A stretch of DNA of 63,030 nt, counting the filler, from Hyphochytrium catenoides (taxonomy: Eukaryota; Protista; Hyphochytriomycota): NCBI GenBank assembly GCA_900088475.1. It is 10 parts of 10 records of this genome, joined end to end, with 100 filler letters (N's around TTAATTAATTAA, not from the genome) between each part and the next. Parts side by side here need not be neighbours in the genome. Positions count along the whole stretch, not along the records: positions 43,968 to 49,286 come from FLMG01000028.1; positions 49,387 to 61,088 come from FLMG01002873.1; positions 61,189 to 63,030 come from FLMG01000888.1; 7 more parts are not named here. One strand, written 5' to 3'. Below the pieces are notes generated by a model, which saw nothing but the letters and a program-made list of their open reading frames with translations, was not told the DNA's origin and searched no databases. The position numbers and the translations under genes are program-made. Shown here in pieces: positions 49,249 through 62,043 of this stretch (within the stretch, counting starts at the first letter, position 1; every line of letters begins with the position of its first letter).

Positions 49249-51615
49249 CTCTCTTTTTCTCTCTCTTACTCCCCCCCCCCCCCCCCNNNNNNNNNNNNNN
49301 NNNNNNNNNNNNNNNNNNNNNNNNNNNNNNTTAATTAATTAANNNNNNNNNNNNNNNNNNNNNNNNNNNNNNNNNNNNNNNNNNNNATGAAGGCGTAGGC
49401 CCATAGCTAAGCGAGACCAAGGACCAAGATGTTTTTTTAATTTATAATATCTACGAGGACTTCTTCTATCCCTAGGCCCGCAAGTCAAGCTAATAATATG
49501 AGTCAATTCTTGTTGGAGGGCATCACTTGCGTTCAGGACGAGTTATTGGGCCACACGACTTGGGTGGATAGATCTGCTCTTGGTGTGTCGTCTGAGGTGT
49601 TTGGTCCCGGCCACCGCCATCCGCTAACGTGGCCGGACGGCCAAGCTTTATGTTCAGACCTCCACCGACCCCAGTCAGCTCTGGCGAACAGTCATGCCGC
49701 CAAAATAACGACATTCCTACGATTTGACTCATTGTAATGAGATAATTTTGTTAGGGAAAGGAGGATGGGCATTCTTCTGACAGTACTTCTTATTATCTTT
49801 TGGAAGAACGTGCTAACGACCGTATGAACTTGTTGTTCAGGAAAAGTTGGCGCGGTGCCTTCGTCCTTTGGTGATCGTCTCTCTTCCAGGTCTCCGTGGC
49901 GCATGTCAAGCAATGCGGATCCCTTCCTGGTTGTCTACCCCTAGGCCATCACCTACCTGCTGCGGATAAATTCATTCATTGCAAAAAGTAAGCTTATCAT
50001 CGCTAAGCAGATTCCGTCATTCCATCGCATCCGATCATCTGGCATCATTGGATGAACTGAATGACTCGCGAGAGAGGAAAGCTCGTCTTCACTCGCTCCT
50101 CACTTCTTTTTTCCCGCTCTCGCGCAGGCTCCTTCCCTCTCACCTCTGATGATGCTTTTTTCACTCTTGGTTCTTCTATTTGATTGCTCTGATCATACTT
50201 CAAAGCATCTAGGAGGATTGTAGGTCAAGCACTTAGTTGGACTGTATGATGGCAAGAGCGGAGAATGATTAGAGTTGAAGCCATCCTTGAGTGCAAGATA
50301 GATGATATGATGAAAGAGGCTAATCAAGCATTCAAAAGCATTGATCTGCTGTCACAATGGTCAACATCCTCCCGCTGGGGAACGATAGGGTGAGCTTCTG
50401 TTACGTCCTTTTCCAACCACTGGACATTAGTACTACTAGAAAAGATATTGGCATGCTTCTATCATATCTTCATGCGTCGACAAGGACCCTTCTTACTGCT
50501 CACGACCAGTCGCTTCTTCACCATCAACCATCGTGGACTTCTAGTCTCTACTTTATCAGGGCTGAAAAGGATTGGATAGGAAGAAGGTGTAGGAAGGACG
50601 ACAACAAGCTATCACCGAGGAATCATTAGCGGCCTCATTCACCACGTAAATAGAAGGGACTATGACAACAAGTAAGAAAGAAGCATTGGGCAGTAGGTAA
50701 AACTAAGAAGGTAAGGGCAGACGAAGAGCGGCTAGGGCCATTATTGTACGTATCAGGCTCTTGAGAGCATCCCGCATCCATGAGTTGTCCACCGTTTGCT
50801 GACAGCCAGAGTCTATCTTAGTCATAACCGGCGAGATATCTGTGTGAGATGACTAGAAGCCATCCCGGGCATGGTAAGGGTTACCGCGTAAACGTATGCC
50901 AACCGAGCCTACCTTAAAGGCTCTATGCACTGCTCTGCAATCCACCGAGCGGAGGTCTACTTACAGCATCACAGAAGCACGGAACTGTGTAGCTCCTGCT
51001 ACCTGCTTCGTCTTGCCTATTCCTGGACAAGCTCTCTCTCCCCTGGTACATGTTCCTGACTATTAGAGAGCTGGTCTCGTCAAATGAAGACAGCGAGAGC
51101 ACCATGAAGTATCATAATCCTCTTCAACCTAGAGGTGGTTCGTTAGTGGGTCCTCGATGCTGCTCCGCCTTCTCTGCTTTGCCGCGCCGCTATCCGCAGA
51201 GATCTGTAGATTTGTCTGCACTTCCCAATGAAATTTATAAATCAAAGCTCCGATGAAACTTTAAACTCCGGGTTTAAGTAACACAGTAATTGGGGCAGCT
51301 GATGCTTATTGAAGGATAATAAAGTCTGTGTAAAAGTACCTGTTTTGCGGAGTTATTGCCATCACCGCCAATTCTGTGGCTATTGGGTTGGAGCTTTGAA
51401 TGGTGAAGATTTGTGAAGATTTATCGATCTCCACTTTCTATTGCCAACTGCTCAGCGACGTCACGTTACGTAGGAGGAGAAGTCAGGGTCTTTACATAGA
51501 CAGATCTCTGATTAAGCACTTTCTCGGTCGTGAGAAACAGCGGCTTGGGAAGCGTACGGCTACCTCGAGCTTTATAGAGAGTAATAGCAACAGAGACACA
51601 CACCTTCTAAGAAAG

Positions 51616-52430
51616 ATGTCAGGTCGAGGTAGAGTCCAGAAGGTTATGACGCAGCCGATTGCGCTGATCTATCGGTTCCTGCAGAATGTAAGTGCCCCGC
51701 CCGTATTGGTCTGTCCTACCACTCCATCCTCTCGTCAGGGCTGCCACCGCTACTCGAGCGTCTTGCCTTTGGCTGCACATAAATGCCCCGGCTAGCCAAT
51801 AAGGTGCTCATTCAAACGCTATTCCCTAGAAATCAAGAATTCAAGTATGGCTCTACGACCAGGTGAACGTCAGAATTGAAGGAAGAATCATTGTAAGTAT
51901 CGCTCTTCGTTCGTTCATCCCCAGATGAGAGACAGCTGTTTGTCGTTGGACCCTGGAGCATTCTCTTTGAAAGAGACAGCCGCCTCCTGAGCTGCACAGC
52001 GCCTCCCTCTAGTGCCTCAGCTCCTTCATCCCGTATCTTCGTCCTCTCTTGCTCTCTCTCATACCTCCCATTCAACTGTTTCCCTATCCACCGATGCTGA
52101 AAGCGTTTACCTGGCGCTGTAGGGGTTTGACGAGTATATGAACTTGGTGCTAGACGACGCTGAAGAAGTTGACATCAAGAAAGAGGAGAGAACTAAGCTA
52201 GGTGGGGATTGTTGTCTTGAGCAGATCTGCGTGCTCCCCGGCTTCCCTTACGCCCATGCGGTGTCATTACCTTGCGTCATGCTTTGCCGTTTTAATCTCT
52301 TTCAGACCCAGCATGCGCCTCGCTAGCGGCCAGGTCAAGTTTATAGCTCAGTAGCTTGAATTGACACTCTTCGTGTTTAGGGCGGATTCTCCTAAAAGGC
52401 GACACCATCTCACTCATGATGAACACGTAA
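51616..52430 (+). CDS. SNRPE: Small nuclear ribonucleoprotein SmE; exons 51616-51687, 51830-51892, 52123-52201, 52381-52430
   Basis: MSGRGRVQKVMTQPIALIYRFLQN|KSRIQVWLYDQVNVRIEGRII|GFDEYMNLVLDDAEEV...LG|RILLKGDTISLM contains the Sm1 and Sm2 motifs. Confidence 0.96.
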
Positions 52431-53591
52431 GCTCTCTTCCCCTCATTCTGTCAGCATTATTTCAACTCTTGCAAGCGGACAGTGAAACTCTCTTTTTATC
52501 GCGGCGCTGATCTCCTCGACGCGTTGCGGATCAACGTTCCTTTCTCCTTGCCTTTGACACTCTATACCAGACTTTCCTTAGTAATTCTTCAGGGTGGCAC
52601 CTATGTCTATAGTATGACCCTTTCCCTCTTCTTGTATGCATGGGCTCTGATCCTTCGCTATTTTCTCCCTTGTCGAGCAGTAAGCGATAAAGGAGGACAG
52701 TTAATCCGTAACAAGGGCCTGTCAGAGGGATATCAAGAGTACGCAGAAGGAAAGAAGGGAGCGTGACACAGCAGACAGTCGTCCGCCCCTTATACGGAGG
52801 ATCACAGAGGATAACCGAAGGTTTAAGTCGCAAAGACAAATGTACCATTTGAATACACGGCCGAGAGAGAAGGAAGACAATGGCGGGGCAAGAGTGAAGA
52901 GATGAAAAAGAAGAGAGAGAGAGAGAGACTGTGTCGTTGAAAAGGATAAGGAGAGATACTACAGGCACAACGGCCTTGATTCGAGTAACAGAAGAGTTGG
53001 CTGGCTAAGGTAACGTCTAATATTGCTATATCCGATCTCTCTTGCCTATCCTAGTGGTTCGCTGTCACTCTAGCTATGTTCCGCCATCAGGGAGACTCAT
53101 CTGGGACAGGGAATTAGGCTTCCGAGAGACCCTTCCTCTCCCTCTCATCTCAAGCAGTAACTCCTGCTCCTCAACTATCGCCCTTCGGCCCTGTAGCCAC
53201 CTGTTACTGCACAACGGGGCCGGTTAAGGGGCCAGCTAAATCTCTGCGATATATCACTCCGGAGTAGGCGGACAGCGTTCACTCTTGATAATATCCCAGC
53301 GTCCGTTAATGCCCATACCATATGAAGGCTGTTGCCTTCGCATTGAGGAGAGGGTGAAACGTTAACCTGTATGACCCAAAGAGAAGCAAGAGTCCAAACA
53401 TGCCGCAACCCTCAGTTGCCGAAAAGGTGCTCATGTTTATAAAGTTTATAAATATGTTTATGTTAAGCCAGCAGAAGGGAAGGATGGAAGAATATATAGG
53501 CACATCAGACTCCTATCTTTCCTCCTTCACCGGCCCTCAGGAGCTCTACTTTGCGCCGCTTGGTTTAGCTTGAATACTATATCTTTTGGTG

Positions 53592-55829
53592 CTATTCTGG
53601 TGGCTCTTGGCCCGCTCCTGGATCTCGTCCTTCAGAGTTTGCGTTTGACGAGGGTGCCGAGGAGTCCCCATGGCGCTGGTGCTGCTGCTGACCTTGTGCC
53701 TGCGAACCCAAACCTGTGACAATGTTAGACGCCAGCTGGAGGAATGGAGCAATTGTTTGGCCAAGGCTGACTGCTTGCGGTTGCGGGTTGCCTGCTCCAC
53801 CCCCTCCCCCACCTACGTTTCCTTGAAAGCGGAAGGTGGTTGGAGCGCTGGCTGGCTGCCTACCTTCGCCCGCTATGGAAGCACTCAACTGAGACACCAG
53901 TGGCCCTACTGTGGCTAACACCTGCCCAAGCTGGTCCAGCTGCCCTCCGGTTGCCCCTCGGGCAGACGCCGGAGGAGGAGGCGCTGTAGAGTTGGGTTGC
54001 GGGACTTGCTCTGGGCGACCGGAGGAAGGAGGAGCTGCAGATGCCCTAGCTGGAGGCCCTCCTGCCTGACGATCATTCCCTCGCGCAGATTGTAACGAAG
54101 GGTTGGCTGATACGTTAAAGGTGAAGACATGTGGAGGCTGGCCAACCACATTGACTACTCTGTGCACTTGAGGAGCTGGAGGGGGAGAAGGGGCTGCCGG
54201 GACACTGGAGGAGGCAGCGGTAGAGGAGGCCGCTGTTGACCGGACACCGGGGGTAGGCGAATCGTCCGAGAGCTGAGCAGAGGCGAGAAGGGAGCCAAAC
54301 TGCCCCAGAACAGTAGAGACATGAATAAGGAGAGATCCTGCCTGCGAAGCCAAGCCTGCAGTTACTGCTCGGGCAAGGGGAGAGAGATGTTGATCCCATT
54401 GGAGAGCCGTCCCAAGCTGTAGGAGAGAAGGGGAGAGAGAGTGAAGGAGTAGGTGTAGTGAGAGCAGACGATGGGCAAGAAGTGCTCCCATCGTGAGAAC
54501 TGAAGACTCCAGTGTCTGAGAGAAGCCGGGGATTCGGGGTAAGACAGAGACCATTGTGTTCATAACCTCCACCTGCTGCATCATCTGGGCGTCGCTCATC
54601 CAAACCAGAGAAGCCGGAGGTGAAGGGGAAGGAGCCGGTGGCGAACGCGTAGGAACCGAGCGCGGGAGTGATAAGTATGGAGGTTGAAGAGACGGAGGCA
54701 GTATCTGGGCCTGGGGTGGCAAAAGGAGAGGCTGATCTCGTATCTGGAGCTGGAGCAGGAGACGCCCTAGCTCGGCAAGAAGATCTGCTACCTCTCTCAT
54801 GTACACGGACACATTTTGAAGAGAGGACACAATGCGCAGCCTTCCATCTCTTGGAAGTACAGGCTCGGCTCTTATCTCCGTCGCCACCTCGTAAACACAG
54901 CGCGAGAAGTGAGCCAACGTGAACTCCGTAGCTTGTACGGCTTCGCCCATCGCGATTGCTGTCGAGCGGAAGGAGGAAGAAGAAGAGAAGAGAGGACGAG
55001 GAAGAAGAGACGTATCACGTTCCGCCAAGCGTCTTTGTAAGTTCTCCAGTCTTCGGTTGAACGTGGAGATCAAGGAAGAAGAAGGAGATGTCGCTGAGGG
55101 AGGGGAGGTACTTTCTCCACTTGCTTCTGACTGGCGGTTAGATGGGACCTGTCCTTGTTGTCGGGACGTATCGGAGGAACCAGGGGCAGCAGAGGCAGGA
55201 GGTTGTGCAGAAGAAGAGGTTGGAAAGTCTGAAGTAGCCATTGAGGCAGAGGAAGCTGGCGATGGAGAGACAAATGAGGCTGCAGCGGGATCTGATACGG
55301 AAGGAGGAGCAGGAGAGGTGGAGAAAAGAACAGGAGATGAAACTGCAGAAAGAGTGCCTGCCATTTGCTGAAGCATGGGCCCAAGAATACCTGGTAGGTT
55401 TGCTATGTCCTCAGGCTCAATGCTTACGTGCCCCATCACCATCCCATTTCCCATATTCTGATATTGCACTTCTGGCTGAGGGGCACCAGGAGCCGGAGCA
55501 GGGGCCACATTAGCCGGAAGGGCAGAGCCATTTGCCTCAGTGGCCTCGGGGCGACAAATTAAGTGGACTGAATGGCCATCCTGAACGTTGTAGGACGCCA
55601 AGGACTGTTCGTTCTTCATGACCTTTCCTACGTATATTAGCCGCTGCCGATCCACCTGAACGCCTGTTCTCTCCTGCAGCAACCGCTTAAAGTCCTCCAC
55701 AATGATATCTGAAGGAACATCAATGGCAAAACTCTCCTGATTTAGCTGCTTGATGTAGATCTTGATCATTCTGGCATCCGAAGTAGCCCCCTCAACGGGA
55801 GGAGCCGAAGGAAGGGGAGACTGACTCAT
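53592..55829 (-). CDS. Ubiquitin-like domain protein, BAG6/Scythe/CIP73-like, intronless
   Basis: N-terminal UBL domain IKIYIKQL....QRLIYVGKVMKNEQSLASYNVQDGHSVHLI, followed by P/S/A-rich and helical regions. ATG at 55829. Confidence 0.8.
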   Translation of the reverse strand: MSQSPLPSAPPVEGATSDARMIKIYIKQLNQESFAIDVPSDIIVEDFKRLLQERTGVQVDRQRLIYVGKVMKNEQSLASYNVQDGHSVHLICRPEATEANGSALPANVAPAPAPGAPQPEVQYQNMGNGMVMGHVSIEPEDIANLPGILGPMLQQMAGTLSAVSSPVLFSTSPAPPSVSDPAAASFVSPSPASSASMATSDFPTSSSAQPPASAAPGSSDTSRQQGQVPSNRQSEASGESTSPPSATSPSSSLISTFNRRLENLQRRLAERDTSLLPRPLFSSSSSFRSTAIAMGEAVQATEFTLAHFSRCVYEVATEIRAEPVLPRDGRLRIVSSLQNVSVYMREVADLLAELGRLLLQLQIRDQPLLLPPQAQILPPSLQPPYLSLPRSVPTRSPPAPSPSPPASLVWMSDAQMMQQVEVMNTMVSVLPRIPGFSQTLESSVLTMGALLAHRLLSLHLLLHSLSPSLLQLGTALQWDQHLSPLARAVTAGLASQAGSLLIHVSTVLGQFGSLLASAQLSDDSPTPGVRSTAASSTAASSSVPAAPSPPPAPQVHRVVNVVGQPPHVFTFNVSANPSLQSARGNDRQAGGPPARASAAPPSSGRPEQVPQPNSTAPPPPASARGATGGQLDQLGQVLATVGPLVSQLSASIAGEGRQPASAPTTFRFQGNVGGGGGGAGNPQPQAVSLGQTIAPFLQLASNIVTGLGSQAQGQQQHQRHGDSSAPSSNANSEGRDPGAGQEPPE

Positions 55830-56894
55830 CGAGCACACAATAACGCGGCAGTACTATGCCGTGGAGGTACAATCTTCTATGTCTTGCAATCCGAAAGGCC
55901 CCGAAGTACTCGGAGCAAAGGAGCTAGACCTGATTCTACTTCTTCTACTGAGATATAATGCCAAGGGGATAAGCTTGTCAAGTGACTAGCAACTCTCTGA
56001 TCTGTGCCTCTTCCGCAGGTGCACGGCGTGAAGCTCTGGAGCTCTCTCAGATGTCTGGAGGCTTCTGGAAGAGTTCACAGAGAAAATGAAGAAAAGAAGT
56101 TCTCCCCACACCGCCAAGACCCGAAGATCAATTTTGTTAATCGACTCTTAGCCGTCTTTTCAGTTATCTTATCCTACTTCAAAATGTGCCCTTGTGGCCT
56201 TGTGGCTTTTAGAATTCTCGTTGACAAACCTACCATTACCATGCAAGCAAGGGTTATATGACTCACAATCAATTTGGTAAGCTAAACAGCCTTTGGTCAA
56301 TCCTGCCGGCCTTGGGATTGGATTGTGCTCTGATTAGAATCGGGAGAACGCGGTAAAAGCTGGTGACTAAACTCACTGCTCATTTCTGTCTTTTTATACT
56401 ACTAGAGGAACGATGTGGGTTTACTCCTTTGTGAAGGAACAAGGCACAAGTCTGTGTGGCTGGTAACAACAGCACCACACGGAGGGCCGCAAACCCCTAA
56501 CATTTGAGCCGAATATCCTTTGTGGTAGAGTGCAAGGAATCCATCTGAGCATTATTGGAAGACAAAGAGCGCAAAAGACATAGCATTGAAGTACGTTTCT
56601 CCCTTGCGAGAATGCAAGACAGAGTCTCCACGAGATACGAAGAATTGAGCTACTGCAATCTGCAGAAAAGATCTCCATCACTTCTCTTCTTCTTCTGTCA
56701 TCAGAAGTGGAGGCAAACGGGCCGGGTCTCAACGCTTCCGCTGCCATCAACTGAGACTGACAATTAAAGAGGAAGTACTGTTCGCTTGCGCTGAGTTCTA
56801 CAAGGGTTTGAGTTTGTGCCTGAGAAAGAGCGCAACGTGAGGATCATTTGAGTCTCTCTGAGCAACAGGGAGAGATCTCTTACGGCTCAGAGCC

Positions 56895-59800
56895 ATGGAT
56901 CCCAGATTCCATGGAAACAACCAGGGCCCGCCACCAGGGATGAGGCCACCACCTCCGCCCGGGATGAGGCCTCCGCCTCCTCCNNNNNNNNNNNNNNNNN
57001 NNNNNNNNNNNNNNNNNNNNNNNNNNNNNNNNNNNNGAGAGAGAAAGAGCAATGAAGGAGAACCTACTGGAGGAAAAGGCAAGAAAGTGGCAGAAGCTAA
57101 ACGCTAAGCGCTATGGTGACAAGAGAAAATTCGGCTTTGTCGACAGTGTGAAAGAGGATATGCCTCCTGAGCATCTCCGTAAGATTATCAAGGACCATGG
57201 CGATATGACCTCCAGGAAATTCCGTCATGACAAGAGAGTGTACTTGGGTGCTTTGAAGTATGTGCCTCACGCGGTGTACAAGCTTCTGGAGAACATGCCG
57301 ATGCCTTGGGAGCAAGTAAGGGACGTAAAAGTAATTTATCATATGACCGGTAAGGCATCACACTGGCCGTTCTGCTCTTCTTGGCACTATTAGCACTTGG
57401 GATGCTCGGCTTACTCTATTTGTAGTGCGCTAGGCCCTCTGTCAGATGCTATGGCATCTTTGTCTTTGGGCGCATTTACTTGTCTCTCTACTTTTCTGAG
57501 AGTCAAGAACTGACACCTGTTTGCTTGGCATCGCAGGTGCCATCACCTTCGTCAATGAGATCCCATTGGTCATCGAGCCTCTGTATATGGCCCAGTGGGG
57601 CACAATGTGGATTATGATGAGGCGAGAGAAGAGAGATAGAAGACATTTCAAGAGGATGCGCTTCCCTCCTTTCGACGATGAGGAGCCTCCTCTTGACTAC
57701 GGGGACAATATTCTCGACGTAGAGCCTCAGGAAGCTATCAATATGGAGCTGGATGACGAGGATGACGCTGCAGTTTACGATTGGTTCTACCAGCACAAGG
57801 TGGGCTGAGGACTTGTCTCTCTATCTTTCCTCTAACTCCTCTTGCTCTGAGTTGCGCATCTGTATAAACTCCTCTTTTGGGCTGCCTTGATGTCCTAGCT
57901 CCCTTCTTTTCTTTTTTGTTGTGCCTCCTCAATGATGGTTGAGAATGTTGTCGCGCTCTGACGTCTCTCCTTTTTCGTCTTCTCTTTGTCCCTTCGTATT
58001 GGTTGAAGCCCTTGGCCCACACTAAGTACGTCAATGGAGAGTCATATAAACGTTGGAAGCTCCCTGTCCCCATCATGGCCAACCTCTACCGCTTGGCCGG
58101 CCAACTCCTGAGCGACCTGATTGATCCCAACTATAAATATCTCTTCGACCAGAAGAGCTTCTTCACGGCCAAGGCTCTCAATGTGGCTATTCCAGGCGGT
58201 CCTAAGTTTGAGCCTTTGTATAGGGATCTAGACCAGGATGATGAGGACTGGAATGAGTTCAATGACATCAACAAGCTGATTATCCGCCATCCCATCCGAA
58301 CGGAGTACAAGGTAGCCTTCCCCCATCTCTATAACTCGAGGCCCAGAGGTGTCGCTGTGTCGCCATACCACTATCCGGCACTCTGCTTCGTGAAGACCGA
58401 AGATCCAGATCTTCCAGCTTTCTACTTTGATCCTGTGGTCAACCCTATCTCCGCCTTTAGAAGAGAGAGGAAGACGGTAGAAGGAGAAGAGGATGAAGAA
58501 GAAGATGGATATGGGAGCGATGACGATGACTTCGTCCTTCCTGAGGACTTTGAGCCTCTTCTTTCGGAAGCACCACTTTACACAGACAACACAGCAAATG
58601 GCATCACTCTTTACTGGGCACCAAGGCCGTTCAATCTCCGCACAGGCAACACTAGAAGGGCGATTGACGTTCCGCTGGTGAACAGTTGGTTCCAGGAGCA
58701 TTGCCCACAGGTAAGATCTTGAGGTCTGGCCACTTGGCCTCCTGCTTGATACAAATCTCTTGCTCTGCTCTCTCTAACGTCTTCGTCCGTTGAGCGCATA
58801 TAAGTGCAAGCTCTGGATCTCTGCCGTTCTCTGTCAATTCTGGCTGCCTTTAGCCTCCGGACGTTCCTTCTAAGATAGTCTCTCCTATCCCTTCAGGCGC
58901 ATCCTGTGAAAGTACGTGTGAGCTATCAAAAGCTGCTGAAATGCTGGGTCCTCAACCACCTGCACCATCGACCACCCAAGGCTCTTAACCACAAGTACCT
59001 CTTCAAAGCCCTCAAAACCACCAAGTTCTTCCAGTCGACGGAGATTGACTGGGTTGAAGCTGGCATCCAGGTTTGCAGGCAGGGCTATAATATGCTCAAC
59101 CTCCTCATCCATCGTAAGAACTTAAACTATCTTCACTTGGACTATAACTTCAACTTGAAGCCCGTGAAGACTCTGACTACGAAGGAGAGAAAGAAGAGTA
59201 GATTCGGAAACGCTTTCCATCTCACCAGAGAGATTCTCAGGCTGACAAAGCTTGTCGTGGACGCTCACATTCAGTATCGTCTGGGTAACGTTGACGCATT
59301 CCAGTTGGCGGACGGCCTGCAGTATATCTTCGCACATGTTGGTCAGCTTACTGGCATGTATCGGTATAAGTACCGGCTCATGCGACAGATCCGTATGTGC
59401 AAGGATTTGAAGCACCTTATCTACTATCGCTTCAACACTGGGCCCGTAGGCAAAGGCCCTGGCTGCGGCTTCTGGGCTCCTGGTTGGCGTGTATGGCTCT
59501 TCTTTATGAGGGGCATTATACCTCTCTTGGAGAGGTGGCTGGGTAACCTGCTAGGACGACAGTTTGAAGGCAGACATAGCAAGGGCATTGCCAAGACAGT
59601 GACGAAGCAAAGGGTGGAGAGTCATTATGACTTGGAGCTCCGCGCTGCTGTTATGCATGACATCATTGATATGATGCCTGAAGGCGTTAAGGCTAACAAG
59701 AGCAGAACCATCCTGCAACATCTGTCTGAAGCCTGGCGGTGCTGGAAGGCCAACATTCCATGGAAGGTCCCTGGCCTGCCCGCACCGATCGAGAACATGA

Positions 59801-61088
59801 TTCTGCGCTATGTGAAGAGCAAGGCTGACTGGTGGACGAATGTAGCTCACTATAACCGAGAAAGGATCAAGAGAGGAGCGACTGTCGACAAAACCGTTTG
59901 CAAGAAGAACTTAGGAAGACTGACTCGTCTGTGGCTGAAAGCAGAGCAGGAAAGACAACATAACTACCTGAAGGATGGTCCGTACGTCTCTGCTGAAGAA
60001 GCAGTGGCTATCTATACGACGACGGTCCACTGGCTTGAGAGCAGAAAGTTTGCCCCGATCCCGTTCCCTCCTCTGTCTTACAAGCACGACACAAAGCTGC
60101 TGATCCTTGCACTGGAAAGGCTGAAGGAGAACTACTCTGTCAACAGCAGACTGAATCAGAGTCAGAGAGAAGAGCTAGGGCTCATTGAGCAAGCCTACGA
60201 CAACCCACATGAAGCTCTTTCCCGTATCAAGCGTCATCTTCTCACGCAGAGAGCTTTCAAGGAACTGGGACTCCAGTTCATGGATCTGTACAACGTCCTT
60301 ATCCCTGTTTATGAGATAGAGCCGTTGGAGAAGATCACGGATGCGTACCTTGACCAGTATCTCTGGTACGAGAGCGACAAGAGGCATCTCTTCCCCAACT
60401 GGGTGAAGCCTGCAGACTCGGAGCCGCCTCCTCTCCTCGTGTACAAGTTCTGCCAAGGCATCAACAACCTGCACAATGTATGGGAGACCAGCGGCAACGA
60501 GTGTACTGTCCTGGTGGAGACCAAGTTTGAGAAAGTCTATGAGAAGATCGATTTGACGCTTCTGAACCGGCTACTAAGGCTCATCGTGGATCACAATATT
60601 GCGGATTATATCACTGCCAAGAACAACGTGGTCATCTCCTACAAGGACATGATGCATACGAACTCTTACGGGCTCATTAGAGGCCTGCAGTTCGCGTCTT
60701 TTGTCTTCCAATACTATGGACTGGTCTTGGACCTGTTGGTGCTAGGACTGACTCGTGCCTCAGAGATCGCTGGGCCGCCGCAGAGACCCAATGACTTCCT
60801 TACCTACGCAAACACCGCCATGGAGACACGCCATCCTATTCGCCTCTATATGCGCTACATCGACCGCCTCTTCATGGTGTTTAGGTTTGATGCGGATGAG
60901 TCGAAGGATCTCATCCAAAGATACCTGACGGAGCATCCAGATCCCAATAACGAGAACGTGGTGGGCTATAACAACAAGAAGTGCTGGCCTAGAGACGCAC
61001 GAATGAGGCTGATGAAGCACGATGTTAACCTAGGAAGAGCTACTTTCTGGGACATCAAGAATCGCCTCCCTCGTTCTCTTACTACCAT
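56895..61088 (+). CDS. PRP8: Pre-mRNA splicing factor Prp8, N-terminal part, 3' truncated; exons 56895-57349 (contains an N gap), 57537-57799, 58009-58710, 58897-61088
   Basis: [46 protein letters not shown] and [22 protein letters not shown] are unmistakable Prp8 sequence. Confidence 0.99.
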
Positions 61089-62043
61089 NNNNNNNNNNNN
61101 NNNNNNNNNNNNNNNNNNNNNNNNNNNNNNNNTTAATTAATTAANNNNNNNNNNNNNNNNNNNNNNNNNNNNNNNNNNNNNNNNNNNNTGGTAGGAGGAG
61201 CTAGGGGCAACAAACAAGCAGGAGGAGGGAAACAATAGCCAGGATATAGCTCTATCTTGGTAAGGCTGCTAGACGCGCTACTTCCTGCGAGGAGACCACT
61301 CATTGGCTCACTGCGTAGAAGCTGCTCCAGGAGGCTCTTCTGACTGTTGCGCTGACAGCCCAGATTAGTTCTCCTACCAGACTTCATTTTCGGTATCTGT
61401 CGGCAGATATCTGGAGCTCATCGCGGCTTCAAACCTCTGTCTGCAGATTCAGTCCGTGGCGCAGACTCGGGTAATCCTCCTGAGACCGTCTCAGAAAGAG
61501 AGACAGAAAAAGCAAGAAGGAAGAAGAAAAAGAAGTAAGAGAGTGGATCCTCTTCCTCTACTTCAGACTCTCACGCACTCCTAATGAGGGCAGAGTTCAC
61601 TGTCTAATCGCGGAGAGAGAGAGAGGAGAGTGATGCATAACGGTAACCGACCTTAGAACAAAGAGAATACTACCGAGAGCCGAGGNNNNNNNNNNCAAAC
61701 TAAATGGGGAGAGAACAATTTCCGACAAAGAAGAGTCGCAAGATCGTAGTGGAAAAAGAAAAATGGCAGAAGGCACAACCGAGAAGAGCGCATCAACAAG
61801 CTATATTATCCCTAAGAAGGGAAGCGTCAAGAACCTTCGAAGCGAACTGCTTATCTATTATATAATTCAGGTAAAATATGAAAGGGTTACTTTGTAAACC
61901 GCCCATGGCCTTCGCCATTCTCTGACTCCCTGCAGTACTGCTACTAAATGAAGGGTCATGTCCCCTACTTTCGCTCATGGCAACATCCGCACATTCTTCT
62001 TCTTGGCGTTGCTATTACTAGTCTAGACCCTGCCATCATGCTC

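Noticed and set aside
164-49342. Hundreds of poly-SL / poly-ER ORFs in the ORF track, including 164-2041 as a single protein
   Set aside because: These are translations of stop-free CT/AG microsatellites. The real genes appear only after splicing.
50016-50200. Small hairpin (50016-50065) and C/D-box-like words near 50147-50195
   Set aside because: Short enough to arise by chance, with no guide or family evidence.
52330-52380. TAGCTCAGT tRNA D-arm-like motif in SmE intron 3
   Set aside because: No T-arm (GTTCRA) or acceptor stem.
56895-61088. Intein in PRP8
   Set aside because: The visible portion reads as continuous Prp8 with no insertion. The rest of the gene is absent from the window.
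15936-61188. Recurring TTAATTAATTAA palindrome as a biological repeat or CRISPR-like array
   Set aside because: It is always centred in exactly 44+44 N, so it is an artificial six-frame-stop linker. Gene neighbourhoods across it are meaningless.
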